Assembly: GCA_016840465.1 (NCBI GenBank)
Contig: JAEOSH010000005.1
Location: 50,736-82,735, forward strand
Source: Candidatus Baldrarchaeum yapensis
GTDB taxonomy: Archaea > Asgardarchaeota > Baldrarchaeia > Baldrarchaeales > Baldrarchaeaceae
DNA length: 32,000 nt
Direction: 5' to 3'
Shown: one piece after another, positions 16,449 through 25,554 of the stretch
How positions within the stretch are numbered: position 1 is the stretch's first letter
Layout of the letters: each line of letters starts with the position of its first letter
Program-made: the position numbers and the translations under genes
The notes under the pieces: generated by a model
What the model saw: the letters and a program-made list of their open reading frames with translations, nothing else
The model's database searches: none
Told to the model about the DNA's origin: nothing

Positions 16449-17342
16449 ATGGTAGTGATTTCTTCCGAGGTGAATATATTGAGGGTCATTGATATTCACA
16501 TTCACCTAGCACCTCCAGAAGTAATTTCGCCGGGACTATTAGCGGTGTTGAAAAGGTTTGGTGGTCTCGACCCCGATTTCTATACGAGTATCACAAAGAA
16601 TCCCGAGTTTTTTGTGAAATACATGGATGAAAACAATATTCATGCTGTGTGCATAATGTCATATCCTGCTCCTGACGTGATGGGATGGGGTGACGATTTT
16701 GTTGATTTTGTCATGAATTATTCAAAAAATTATCCTGACAGATTGTTGCCATTCGGTTCAGTACATCCACGTTTTTCGGAAAATCCGGTTCCGCGTTTAG
16801 AGGAACTTCTCAGCAAGTACGATATGCGGGGAATAAAATTGCACCCGGTCCATCAACTCTTCAAGCCGAATGACTACAGACCTGAAGAGAGAGGGTTAAA
16901 GAGTTTAGAAAAAATTTATGAGTTTGCTGTCGAAAATGACCTCCCAGTGTTATTTCATACCGGTACAAGTATGTTTCCAAGGGCTAGAAATAAATACGGC
17001 GATCCGATATTTCTGGATGATGTGGCTGTCGATTTTCCGCGAATGAAAATTATAATGAGTCATGGAGGAAGGCCCATTTGGATGCAAACAGCGTTCTTTC
17101 TCCTTAGGAGGCATAAAAACATATTTTTAGATATTTCGGGAATACCTCCACGAAGGTTGTTGACGTATTTCCCAAGGTTTGTGGAAATAGCCGATAGAGC
17201 ACTTTTTGGCAGTGACTGGCCGGGTCCCGGGGTGAAAAGTATAGATTACAATGTAAAGGAATTTTTATCGCTTCCTATTCCGGAGAATATAAAGAAAAAA
17301 GTGCTATTTGAAAACGCACAAAAGTTGCTAGGCATAAAATGA
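16449..17342 (+). CDS. Amidohydrolase family metallo-dependent hydrolase (Amidohydro_2)
   Basis: IDIHIH, GIKLHP, VLFHTG, SHGG and FGSDWP motifs. Confidence 0.9.
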   Translation: MVVISSEVNILRVIDIHIHLAPPEVISPGLLAVLKRFGGLDPDFYTSITKNPEFFVKYMDENNIHAVCIMSYPAPDVMGWGDDFVDFVMNYSKNYPDRLLPFGSVHPRFSENPVPRLEELLSKYDMRGIKLHPVHQLFKPNDYRPEERGLKSLEKIYEFAVENDLPVLFHTGTSMFPRARNKYGDPIFLDDVAVDFPRMKIIMSHGGRPIWMQTAFFLLRRHKNIFLDISGIPPRRLLTYFPRFVEIADRALFGSDWPGPGVKSIDYNVKEFLSLPIPENIKKKVLFENAQKLLGIK

Positions 17343-17352
17343 ATATAGCATA

Positions 17353-18573
17353 TCATTTCTCCTTTCTGGCTTCTAACATTTCCATAAATGCATCTAACCG
17401 AACCTTAACTTGTGCATCAGAGTACGCCCGCTCGTCTGTGTGATCGGCTTCAATTATTAAACACGGAATATCGTATTCTTTAGAAAGAACTTTCTGTGCG
17501 GCAGGATGAAGCAGGGAGGTTGCCTTACATGACCTGCTTGAAAGCATTATTACGCCGTCGGCATCATATTCCTTCATTACCTTTACTATCCATTCTACTG
17601 TCCACTCACCTGGCAGGTTTATCGGGTTAAAAAGAGATTTGTACGCGAGAGACTCAAGAGGTTTTGAGGGATCTGGCTTATAAATCCCCCATGTTGCAGT
17701 ATATAGTTCATACACAAACACAGCACCATATTTCTCTTCAAGATAGTTGAATAGTCTTAGATTATGCCAATAGGGAATGCCGCTTAGCACAAGTCTGTAT
17801 TTTTCTTCATCGACGACTCCAATTCCTTCTTTGACTCTATTTTTGACCTCTTCATATAGCATCTTGTAATATTCTACGGCATCTCTTGCACCTGCAGATA
17901 CTACGTATGGAAACATAGCCGCGGACGCATCTGTAACTCCCATTGGACATGGTTTATTCTTTCTTAGATCTAAGGACTTATGCCACAGCTCCGCGGCCTT
18001 TCTTGATAGTTCCACGGAACTTCTAAGTCTGTTGATGTCCAGAGACTCTCCTGTTATTTTTTCTAACTCTTCAATCAACGATACAAGCTGATCCTTAACG
18101 TATTCTATATGATATTTTTCTATTTTATCGGTTATTCTTGGACAGTCCAAGATAAGTAGTGGTTTTTTGAGATAGTGAGACATCACTTGCCACCATTTTA
18201 GATAAATGGAACACACGTTCTTCGTAGACAATAAAAAGTCGGGTTTTTCCATTCCACCGAGTGGGGCCTTTCCACCAAGTAAAAATCCTATGACACATCG
18301 CGCGTAGGAGCACAAGTCCTGAAGATAACCATCCGCCTCCGATTTTCTGAACAATTCCATTGTTTCTTTCCTCACAGCACAAACACATGCGTAGTTTTCG
18401 GGAAAAAGTGGTTGAATGTCCATTGCATACAGTATTTCTATAGGTGGAGGTACTGCAGTGCACCAAGCCACCCATTTATTCCGCCTATGCGCTTCTATAG
18501 CCGAGAGATAATGTGCAATTACGAAGTTCGTGATTCTCCTTGCCGCCCTAAGGGACCTCCTCACTTTTTTCAT
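17353..18573 (-). CDS. 2-hydroxyacyl-CoA dehydratase alpha / benzoyl-CoA reductase BzdO-like subunit (HgdA/FldB family)
   Basis: FPENY (catalytic Glu position), cluster Cys in DLCSY, NVCS and RSCK, and IEADHTD.R......Q...R.DAF.EML. Confidence 0.9.
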   Translation of the reverse strand: MKKVRRSLRAARRITNFVIAHYLSAIEAHRRNKWVAWCTAVPPPIEILYAMDIQPLFPENYACVCAVRKETMELFRKSEADGYLQDLCSYARCVIGFLLGGKAPLGGMEKPDFLLSTKNVCSIYLKWWQVMSHYLKKPLLILDCPRITDKIEKYHIEYVKDQLVSLIEELEKITGESLDINRLRSSVELSRKAAELWHKSLDLRKNKPCPMGVTDASAAMFPYVVSAGARDAVEYYKMLYEEVKNRVKEGIGVVDEEKYRLVLSGIPYWHNLRLFNYLEEKYGAVFVYELYTATWGIYKPDPSKPLESLAYKSLFNPINLPGEWTVEWIVKVMKEYDADGVIMLSSRSCKATSLLHPAAQKVLSKEYDIPCLIIEADHTDERAYSDAQVKVRLDAFMEMLEARKEK

Positions 18574-18580
18574 GACGCTA

Positions 18581-19672
18581 TCACCTTAACATTTCTATGA
18601 ATGCCTCAACTCTATTTCTCAGAATTGCAGCAGAAAAGGGAAATTCGTATTCTAGAAGTAGTGAGGGAATGCCCTCTTCTTCTAGCATTCTCCGTAAGAT
18701 CGGATAATCAAAAAGATAGGGATCACAGAACTTCCTTATTAGGAAAATGACTCCTGAGGCATCAAACTCTTTTGCCAACTTCAGTATATACTCGGCGCGA
18801 TCCTCTACAGAGTGCCTATACGGCGATGGAGTCATGAGATAGTGTTCTGCTATACCAGCGAAGATGTCTTTTCTCACCGCTAGATCCTGTGAAAAGTGCC
18901 TCGATCCTATATCCATGTCATCGGCTACTATTAAGCCTCCGGATTCCTCTATAAGTTCTATGAGAGCAACATTCTCCACCATATGACCGGAAACTAGTAG
19001 TCTCACGCCCTCCTTTTTTGTCCCCCATTTCTCAATATTCCCTAATATTGAATTTAGCATGTCTATATGATGTTCGACGGGCATAAAAAATGCTGCAAGC
19101 ATAAGTTTAAAGAAATCAGTACCGCTAAAGGGAGGACTATTGGATTTTCTCATATTGTTCAATTTTCTTAACAACTTTCTTTGTTCATTGAACTTTGTTA
19201 TGGAATCCTTTAAGATTTCCTCGGAAGATTGTGATAATGAAAGTTCTTTAAGGAACTCCCATAATTTTATGATTTCTCCCTTGAAGTAATTCAAAGATTT
19301 GTCATCCTTTTTAGGTGGATAATGAAACAGATACAGTTTACGATTCGGATCCGTCAATTTGACAATATTGTATAATGACCACAATGAGTCACAGATATCT
19401 GGTATTATGAATGCCTTTACGAAGTCTAAATCCCCTGAAAGAAACTTTTGCAGCACCGAACGTGATAGTGAACACGCAAATGTGTGCATATAGGCGTCAG
19501 CCGCAGAGAAGTCTTCTGACATTATTATTAATGGGAATTGCTGCAAATTTGCGGCGTGTATCAGTTCTATGGGCACACCTACAGGGAAAAAAGCTACGAC
19601 GTTCCTTCCGCAACTCTGTGCTGTTTTTTTCACATATTGAATGGGATCATTAAGCAAATCATCGATATTCAT
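18581..19672 (-). CDS. 2-hydroxyacyl-CoA dehydratase beta / benzoyl-CoA reductase BzdN-like subunit (HgdB/FldC family)
   Basis: VP.ELIHAA, FACS, ICDS, G..IVADD...GSR, KFCDPY and R.EAFIEM. It ends 7 bp before the partner subunit. Confidence 0.9.
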   Translation of the reverse strand: MNIDDLLNDPIQYVKKTAQSCGRNVVAFFPVGVPIELIHAANLQQFPLIIMSEDFSAADAYMHTFACSLSRSVLQKFLSGDLDFVKAFIIPDICDSLWSLYNIVKLTDPNRKLYLFHYPPKKDDKSLNYFKGEIIKLWEFLKELSLSQSSEEILKDSITKFNEQRKLLRKLNNMRKSNSPPFSGTDFFKLMLAAFFMPVEHHIDMLNSILGNIEKWGTKKEGVRLLVSGHMVENVALIELIEESGGLIVADDMDIGSRHFSQDLAVRKDIFAGIAEHYLMTPSPYRHSVEDRAEYILKLAKEFDASGVIFLIRKFCDPYLFDYPILRRMLEEEGIPSLLLEYEFPFSAAILRNRVEAFIEMLR

Positions 19673-19899
19673 ATATCACGTACCCCGTTTTCGATCCAAT
19701 ACATCTTCGGAAGATGCACCATGCCGTACAATAATTATCGAGCGGTGATGCAATTTTAATGCTATGCTTTTCAGAGTATTTCCGACAAGACTCGCTACAT
19801 TCTTTTCATCGGAATCTCGAGGGAAACCATTCATGTTTTAAAGTCTTTTGACCATTAATGATTACAACGTTGAGTCAGCAATTCTCGGAGAGGGTTCTT

Positions 19900-21072
19900 A
19901 TGGCGCGTGTGTCCGTTGTACGGGTGAAGAATGATAACGTCGAGGCAGCTGTTAGAGAGGCCATAGAGATGGCTGGAGATTTTGATATAGGTTCTGGGGA
20001 GAAAATTCTAATAAAGCCCAATTTATGTTGCGATAAACCATCTGGTAGCGGTGTAGTTACGAACATGTCGGTAGTCGCGGCCGTTGTGAAAGTTGTTAGG
20101 GAAATGGGTGCAAAACCTCTAGTTGGAGATATACCAATCGTAGGATTCGATCCACAACACGTGTATGATGCCTTAGGCGTTAAGGAGATTGTTGAAAAGG
20201 CTGGTGGTGAATTTATAGACTTAAGTAAAGAGGAAAGGATCGTAATACAGATTCCGAATGCAAGAAAATTGCGCAGAGTGAAAATAGTGAAGACAACTTT
20301 TGAAGTCGATGGTATTATAAGTGTTCCGGTGTTAAAAACGCATTTCTTCACAGGAGTCACCCTTTCAATAAAGAATTTGAAGGGGTTGACCGATCAAGAT
20401 CAACGAACAAGGATCCACGTGTTGGGGCTTAATACTCCCATTGTTGATCTTCTGCAGGTTCTTAGAAATCAAATAAGGTATGTGATCATCGATGGAACTT
20501 ACGTTGCACGACAAATAAAGCCAAGTGGACCGTATTACGGACCAACGGAACCTAAAGACATAACGAAACTCGATTTGATAATTGCAGGAAGGGATCCTGT
20601 AGCTGTAGATGCGGTAGGAGCACAAATTATGGGCTTTAATCCTAAGGATATAGCAATGTTAAGGGAGGCCGCGGAAAGGGGGTTAGGTGAAATAGAAAAC
20701 ATAGAAATTGTTGGTGAGATGCCGGGTGCAGTTGGAAAGTTTGAAACCACACTTTTAGGGAAGATTATGAGGTTTCTAAACAAGTTTTGGACGTCAAGAA
20801 TCTTTAACCCATTGGTTCATCCATTAGCCAAGAAATTGTTTGGACCGGAGATTGTTGCATACAGACAAGTGATGAAGGAAATGGAAACCGGAAAGAAGGG
20901 AGAGGTCGTTCTCACGGGAGAGTGTGATGGCTGTGGTATTTGTGTGCGCTCCTGCAAGGTTGGAAACATAAAACTGGTGAACAATAAACCAGTAATAGGT
21001 GACAAATGCATTAAATGCTTCATATGCGTGGAGGCGTGTCCTAAAGGAGCGTTGTCAATAGTGGGACTTTAA
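19900..21072 (+). CDS. DUF362 domain protein with a C-terminal 2x[4Fe-4S] ferredoxin domain
   Basis: ILIKPN, VPVLKTH...VTLSIKNLKG, DPVA.D, CDGCGICVRSC and CIKCFICVEACP. ATG 19900 is preferred. Confidence 0.88.
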   Translation: MARVSVVRVKNDNVEAAVREAIEMAGDFDIGSGEKILIKPNLCCDKPSGSGVVTNMSVVAAVVKVVREMGAKPLVGDIPIVGFDPQHVYDALGVKEIVEKAGGEFIDLSKEERIVIQIPNARKLRRVKIVKTTFEVDGIISVPVLKTHFFTGVTLSIKNLKGLTDQDQRTRIHVLGLNTPIVDLLQVLRNQIRYVIIDGTYVARQIKPSGPYYGPTEPKDITKLDLIIAGRDPVAVDAVGAQIMGFNPKDIAMLREAAERGLGEIENIEIVGEMPGAVGKFETTLLGKIMRFLNKFWTSRIFNPLVHPLAKKLFGPEIVAYRQVMKEMETGKKGEVVLTGECDGCGICVRSCKVGNIKLVNNKPVIGDKCIKCFICVEACPKGALSIVGL

Positions 21073-21611
21073 AAATATCTTTTTGCATAATCTATTCCCC
21101 GTTCAAGCGCCACAATATTTATTTCTCGATGCTTTTCGGAAATCATATCAGTAATTGCGGCAATTACGGCCTCTTTGGACACTATATTCGTGACAGCAAT
21201 CATCGCACCGAGCATTATCATGTTAGCAACCAACAACACTCCTATTTCTTTCTCCGCTATATCATAAGCAGGAATTCCATATTTTTTAACATCAATACGG
21301 GTTGGTGGCGATACGAGTCTCGATTCGAAGAATATTAGCGCTCCGCTTTTTGCGATTTTTTCATATTTTTCTAGAGCATCTTGAGACATCACAACAAGAA
21401 TATCGGGATTTAATACATTGGTATAGAGAATTTCCTCGTCACTTATTATAACCTCAGAACGACTCGGACCTCCCCTAGCTTCTGCACCGTAAGATTGTGT
21501 TTGCACAACCTCGTATCCGCAGTAAAGAGCCGCCGCTCTCGCCAAGATTATACCTGCGAGAACCATTCCCTGACCGCCACGTCCTGCCATTATGATTTCG
21601 TATCTGACCAT
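21069..21611 (-). CDS. korC: 2-oxoacid:ferredoxin oxidoreductase gamma subunit (Kor type)
   Basis: AGRGGQG..LAG, QTQSYGAEARGG.SRSEV and NMIMLGA. Confidence 0.92.
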   Translation of the reverse strand: MVRYEIIMAGRGGQGMVLAGIILARAAALYCGYEVVQTQSYGAEARGGPSRSEVIISDEEILYTNVLNPDILVVMSQDALEKYEKIAKSGALIFFESRLVSPPTRIDVKKYGIPAYDIAEKEIGVLLVANMIMLGAMIAVTNIVSKEAVIAAITDMISEKHREINIVALERGIDYAKRYF

Positions 21612-21613
21612 TT

Positions 21614-22486
21614 TTAGGCCCTCATTTCAAGTTCTAACCAATCTAAGTGCGGCCTTAAGACTTTTATTTCTCCTCTTTCAACTCCCCTTATCAACTTATG
21701 GTATTCTTCGCAGAATTCGGGTTTCTCTACGTCTATAAACTCTCCAATTACTAGTTTTCCGCGTATTTCTTCTTTGCTCATCCTTTTTGCCTTCTTTATA
21801 TGCACTACACGCTCTTCGAAGAACCTTATTAGGTCTATAGAGGTTGGCATGTCATTTCTTCTGCCGAAGCCGGTTGGACAAGGCGATACTACCTCTATGT
21901 AGCAGAACCCCCTTTTAACGAAGGCCTTTTTCAAGCTCATTATTAATTGTCGAACTCTCCTCACGGTCCATCTTGCAACGTATACGGCACCTGCACTTGC
22001 GACGAGCTCACACAAGTCGAAGAATCCTTCGATGTTCCCGTATGGCGAGGTATAAGTATAGGCACCAATAGGTGTTGTTGGAGAAAACTGGCCCCCTGTC
22101 AGCCCGTAATTCAAATTGTTGATGCATATAGTTTTTATGTCTATGTTTCTTCTAGCAGCGTGTATTAGGTGTCCTAAACCTATGGCTCCACTATCACCAT
22201 CACCAGTAAAGACAATAACCATCAGGTCTGGTCTGTAAAGCTTTATTCCTGTCGCAAATGCAAGAGCCCGCCCATGTGTTGTATGAAGAGAGTCCGCCTT
22301 TATGTAACCAGGTATTCTCCCCGAGCAACCAATTCCTCCCACAAACACTATTTTGTTCATGTCAAGTTTTAGTTCGTCTATTGCTCGGAGAACTGCACCG
22401 AGAATGATGCCATTTCCACAACCGGGGCAGAATATAGTTGGTAGTCTATCCTCACGCAGGTACTTCCTCATAGGATGACTTCGCAA
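21614..22486 (-). CDS. korB: 2-oxoacid:ferredoxin oxidoreductase beta subunit (Kor type)
   Basis: FCPGCG, GIGCSGR, HTTHGRA, TPP-binding GDGD...IG..HLIHAARRN, NN.NYGLTGGQ.SPTT and SPCPT.FGR. Confidence 0.93.
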   Translation of the reverse strand: MRSHPMRKYLREDRLPTIFCPGCGNGIILGAVLRAIDELKLDMNKIVFVGGIGCSGRIPGYIKADSLHTTHGRALAFATGIKLYRPDLMVIVFTGDGDSGAIGLGHLIHAARRNIDIKTICINNLNYGLTGGQFSPTTPIGAYTYTSPYGNIEGFFDLCELVASAGAVYVARWTVRRVRQLIMSLKKAFVKRGFCYIEVVSPCPTGFGRRNDMPTSIDLIRFFEERVVHIKKAKRMSKEEIRGKLVIGEFIDVEKPEFCEEYHKLIRGVERGEIKVLRPHLDWLELEMRA

Positions 22487-23586
22487 CCTCCATCCCCCTT
22501 TATTATTTTCTTTGCGACTATTTTTAGCTCTGATGGTGTAAACGGCTCTCCACCTATTTTACTCACTAAAATTATATCTGATACGTCCCTCAATGCCGCT
22601 TTTACGAAATGATATATTTGTCCCTGATTGTATTCCACGACCATAACCTTATCGCTATTTATGACATTGCGTAATAGGTCTTCCGGAAAGGGCCATAATG
22701 TTATCAACCTTATGAATCCGACTCTTATTCCCTCTTCTTTTAATTTTATGTAAGCCTCTTTTGCAGCTCTTGCAGAGCTGCCATAACTTATAATTGTCAG
22801 GTCTTGCTGCTCACATGTTTTTTCGTACTTTAACATTATAATATCATCGATGTTATCCAAGATCTTAGATCTTAGTCTCCCGAGAAGCTTCCTGTATACG
22901 TTCGGGTCATCAGATGGATAACCGCGCTCATCATGGGCCAGTCCTGTAACGTGTACACTGGTACCCCTTCCGAAAATAGGCTTATGACTCCTCTCTATTT
23001 CCTCTCTTATTAGTTCGACTTCCTCCTCGTCGGGCACGACTACATTCTCTCTCATATGTGCTATTATGGCATCGCTTAGCAGAATTACCGGAGTTTTGTA
23101 TTTTGTAGCTTTTCTGAAAGCCTCCATTGTTAAATTAAGACATTCCTGTACGCTCCAAGGTGCGTATACTATTAACTCTCCGTCGCCGTGATGACCCCAC
23201 CTCGCCTGCATGACATCCCCTTGGCTGTGCAATGTCGGTTGCCCCGTTGAGGGTCCTCCTCGCATTACATCAACTATAACCACGGGAACTTCACACATTA
23301 TTGCGAAGCCTAGATTTTCCTGCATTAGGCTGAAGCCTGGCCCGGAGGTTGCAGTCATAGCTTTTGCTCCAACAAGGGAGGCACCTATTGCCGCCGCTAA
23401 ACTTCCCATTTCATCTTCCATTTGCACGAACTTTCCGCCCCGCTTTGGTAGCTTTAATGCCATCAGTTCCACAATTTCGCTAGCGGGGGTTATGGGATAT
23501 CCTGCAAAGAAGTCACAGCCTGCGAGTAACGCGCCTTCCACCACTGCCTCGTTTCCTTGCATGAAGTCGACTCTGCCCTTCCACAT
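22468..23586 (-). CDS. korA: 2-oxoacid:ferredoxin oxidoreductase alpha subunit (Kor type)
   Basis: GNEA..EGA..AGC.FFAGYPITPASE, QMEDE, TATSGPGFSLMQE and RGGPSTGQPT. ATG 23586 is preferred. Confidence 0.93.
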   Translation of the reverse strand: MWKGRVDFMQGNEAVVEGALLAGCDFFAGYPITPASEIVELMALKLPKRGGKFVQMEDEMGSLAAAIGASLVGAKAMTATSGPGFSLMQENLGFAIMCEVPVVIVDVMRGGPSTGQPTLHSQGDVMQARWGHHGDGELIVYAPWSVQECLNLTMEAFRKATKYKTPVILLSDAIIAHMRENVVVPDEEEVELIREEIERSHKPIFGRGTSVHVTGLAHDERGYPSDDPNVYRKLLGRLRSKILDNIDDIIMLKYEKTCEQQDLTIISYGSSARAAKEAYIKLKEEGIRVGFIRLITLWPFPEDLLRNVINSDKVMVVEYNQGQIYHFVKAALRDVSDIILVSKIGGEPFTPSELKIVAKKIIKGDGGCEVIL

Positions 23587-23779
23587 GCGCACATAAAGTC
23601 CTCCGGTTAATAGAATTCGGCAAGTATAATAGTAAAGCAAATGGCGACTTTAACTATATGTATGGGGAAAGTGTGCCATCTTTGTGTATATTTTGCAAGA
23701 TACTCGTGCCTTTTACTTGTTTTAATGGCATATAGAAATACACTTTGATAAAATACCACCTTTACGTAGGTAAAGTCGA

Positions 23780-25480
23780 TTATTCAGCACGTGCCTTGCT
23801 TCTGAACTGTTTTTCAAACAACTCCCTGATCCTAGTGATGGTGTCTGCCTCTTCCGGCCGTTTATCTTCTCTTATTCTCACGATCCTCGCGAATCTGAGG
23901 GCATATCCGGACTTGTATTTAGGAGATTTCTGTATTTCATCAAAAGCAACTTCAACAACTACCTCCGGCTTCACAAATACCGTTCTTCCTCGCTCTCCGA
24001 TTTTCAGTTCAAGCAAGCGTTTAGTCATGTGTTCGAATTCTTCATCTGTAAGCCCTTTGAACGTTTTTCCAACCACTAAAAACTCTCCAGAATTTTCATC
24101 TCGAGCGGCAAGGTAATAGTCGCTTAACCATTTATATCGTCTTCCATACCCCCAATCCGCAGCGACGATTACCAAATCCAAGGTATCCAAGGTCTCCTTT
24201 ATCTTTAACCATTTTTTACCGCGAATACCTGGAGTATAGTCACTATTTGGCTTCTTTGCCATCAAGCCTTCATGACCGGCAGATCTTGCCGCTTTGAAGA
24301 AATGTTCCGCTTCCTTAGAGTCGCTAGTTATAATCTGCGGAACAAGTTGTATATCTCCGGATATCTCATACAACTTTTCTCTTCTCTCCACATAAGGCAT
24401 ATCTATGAGTAAATTGCCATTTAAGTACAGGATATCGAAGAGATATAGCCTAACGGGGATTTCTTCTACCATCTCTTTCACATCTTTAACCCTACGAAAT
24501 CTTCTCATTAAGTGCTGAAATGGGAGGGGCTTCCCGTCGTTTCCGATAGCTATGACCTCACCTTCAAGAATAACTTCTCTCGCCTTTATGTTGTCTCTGA
24601 CCTGTGCAACGACGTCTGGAAGACTTAATGTAACGTCGGTTAACCTTCTACTAAAAATTTTCACCTCATTCTCCTTCTTATGTATTTGAACGCGCGCTCC
24701 ATCCAATTTCCACTCAAATGCCGTGCGTCCTCCATGGATCTTTAATGCTTCCTCAACGCTTTCTGCAGCCTGAGCAAGCATGGGCTCTATCGGATGAAAA
24801 AGCCTCATCTTTACCTCTTTAAGCGCCCTTATTCCGCCCTTTACGGCGATTTCGGCAACCTCACCTATATCACCAGTTAGCATATGTGCACGTTTAACTA
24901 ACTCTATTGGAGCATTTGATAGCAGGGCAAGCGCCTCTTCCACGATTCCTTCTGAGGCTCCGTGCCTCATTTCGCCCAATAAAATTTTCACTATGTACTT
25001 TGCTTCAAGCGGTTCGCACTTTTCAAGTAGCCCGCGCAGTAGTAGTTCCTTCTTCCGTTTAGATCCCTCACCCTTAACTTCTGATACTTCGTTGAAAATT
25101 TTGTAAACATCAAGTAACGTAATTTGCTGCTTTTGAGGCGCAAGAAGTGTTATCTGCTTGACTCCCTTTTTCTTTTCAAACAATATTTTTGTCATATCTC
25201 CAGGATCGCCGGTTTTGTTGAATGCATCCAATATATCTTTGGGTTTTGTACCAGTTATCTCCTTTATAACCTTTATGATCGTTCTCCATGAAATATCAAG
25301 AGTTTTGTGGCTCCATTCCGGAAATATTTTCCCCACTATCATTCTTGCGGCAATTCCCACGAGATCTGATGGTATCTTCTTGAAAAATGATGCAATTAAC
25401 GCAATCATACTTGACCTTTTGGTTGTCCGTTCTAAAGCTTCACAAAGTTCAACTAGGTCCCGAAAGGGAATGTCTCCCAT
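23780..25480 (-). CDS. lig: ATP-dependent DNA ligase (archaeal type with DBD, adenylation and OB domains)
   Basis: Motif I EWKLDG.R.Q.H, motif III ILEGE, IIIa LFDILY, IV EGLMAK, V WLKIK and VI ALRFARI..IR.DK. ATG 25480 has a GGTGA RBS. Confidence 0.96.
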   Translation of the reverse strand: MGDIPFRDLVELCEALERTTKRSSMIALIASFFKKIPSDLVGIAARMIVGKIFPEWSHKTLDISWRTIIKVIKEITGTKPKDILDAFNKTGDPGDMTKILFEKKKGVKQITLLAPQKQQITLLDVYKIFNEVSEVKGEGSKRKKELLLRGLLEKCEPLEAKYIVKILLGEMRHGASEGIVEEALALLSNAPIELVKRAHMLTGDIGEVAEIAVKGGIRALKEVKMRLFHPIEPMLAQAAESVEEALKIHGGRTAFEWKLDGARVQIHKKENEVKIFSRRLTDVTLSLPDVVAQVRDNIKAREVILEGEVIAIGNDGKPLPFQHLMRRFRRVKDVKEMVEEIPVRLYLFDILYLNGNLLIDMPYVERREKLYEISGDIQLVPQIITSDSKEAEHFFKAARSAGHEGLMAKKPNSDYTPGIRGKKWLKIKETLDTLDLVIVAADWGYGRRYKWLSDYYLAARDENSGEFLVVGKTFKGLTDEEFEHMTKRLLELKIGERGRTVFVKPEVVVEVAFDEIQKSPKYKSGYALRFARIVRIREDKRPEEADTITRIRELFEKQFRSKARAE

Positions 25481-25522
25481 AGGGTCACCATAATGGATTC
25501 TCGGTTTCACAAATTTAAGTAA

Positions 25523-25550
25523 GAGGATGATGACAGACATTACTGACCTC
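25523..25550 (+). other. Minimal box C/D (kink-turn/K-loop) hairpin motif in the fen-lig intergenic gap
   Basis: GAGG-AUGAUGA-CAGACAUUA-CUGA-CCUC has perfect C and D boxes closed by a 4-bp GAGG/CCUC stem. There is no C'/D' pair. Confidence 0.45.
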
Positions 25551-25554
25551 ACTA

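Noticed and set aside
23760-23775. CTTTAC-GTAG-GTAAAG hairpin just after the lig stop
   Set aside because: It is a weak 6-bp AT-rich stem, and archaeal termination relies mainly on U-tracts. Insufficient for a terminator call.
25481-25552. N-terminal extension of DNA ligase implied by the ORF track
   Set aside because: Homology starts at MGDIPF, and ATG 25480 has a GGTGA RBS. The extension is treated as intergenic. The ORF-track starts for ogg, sepS, trxB, korA, DUF362 and DUF1847 were shortened for similar reasons.
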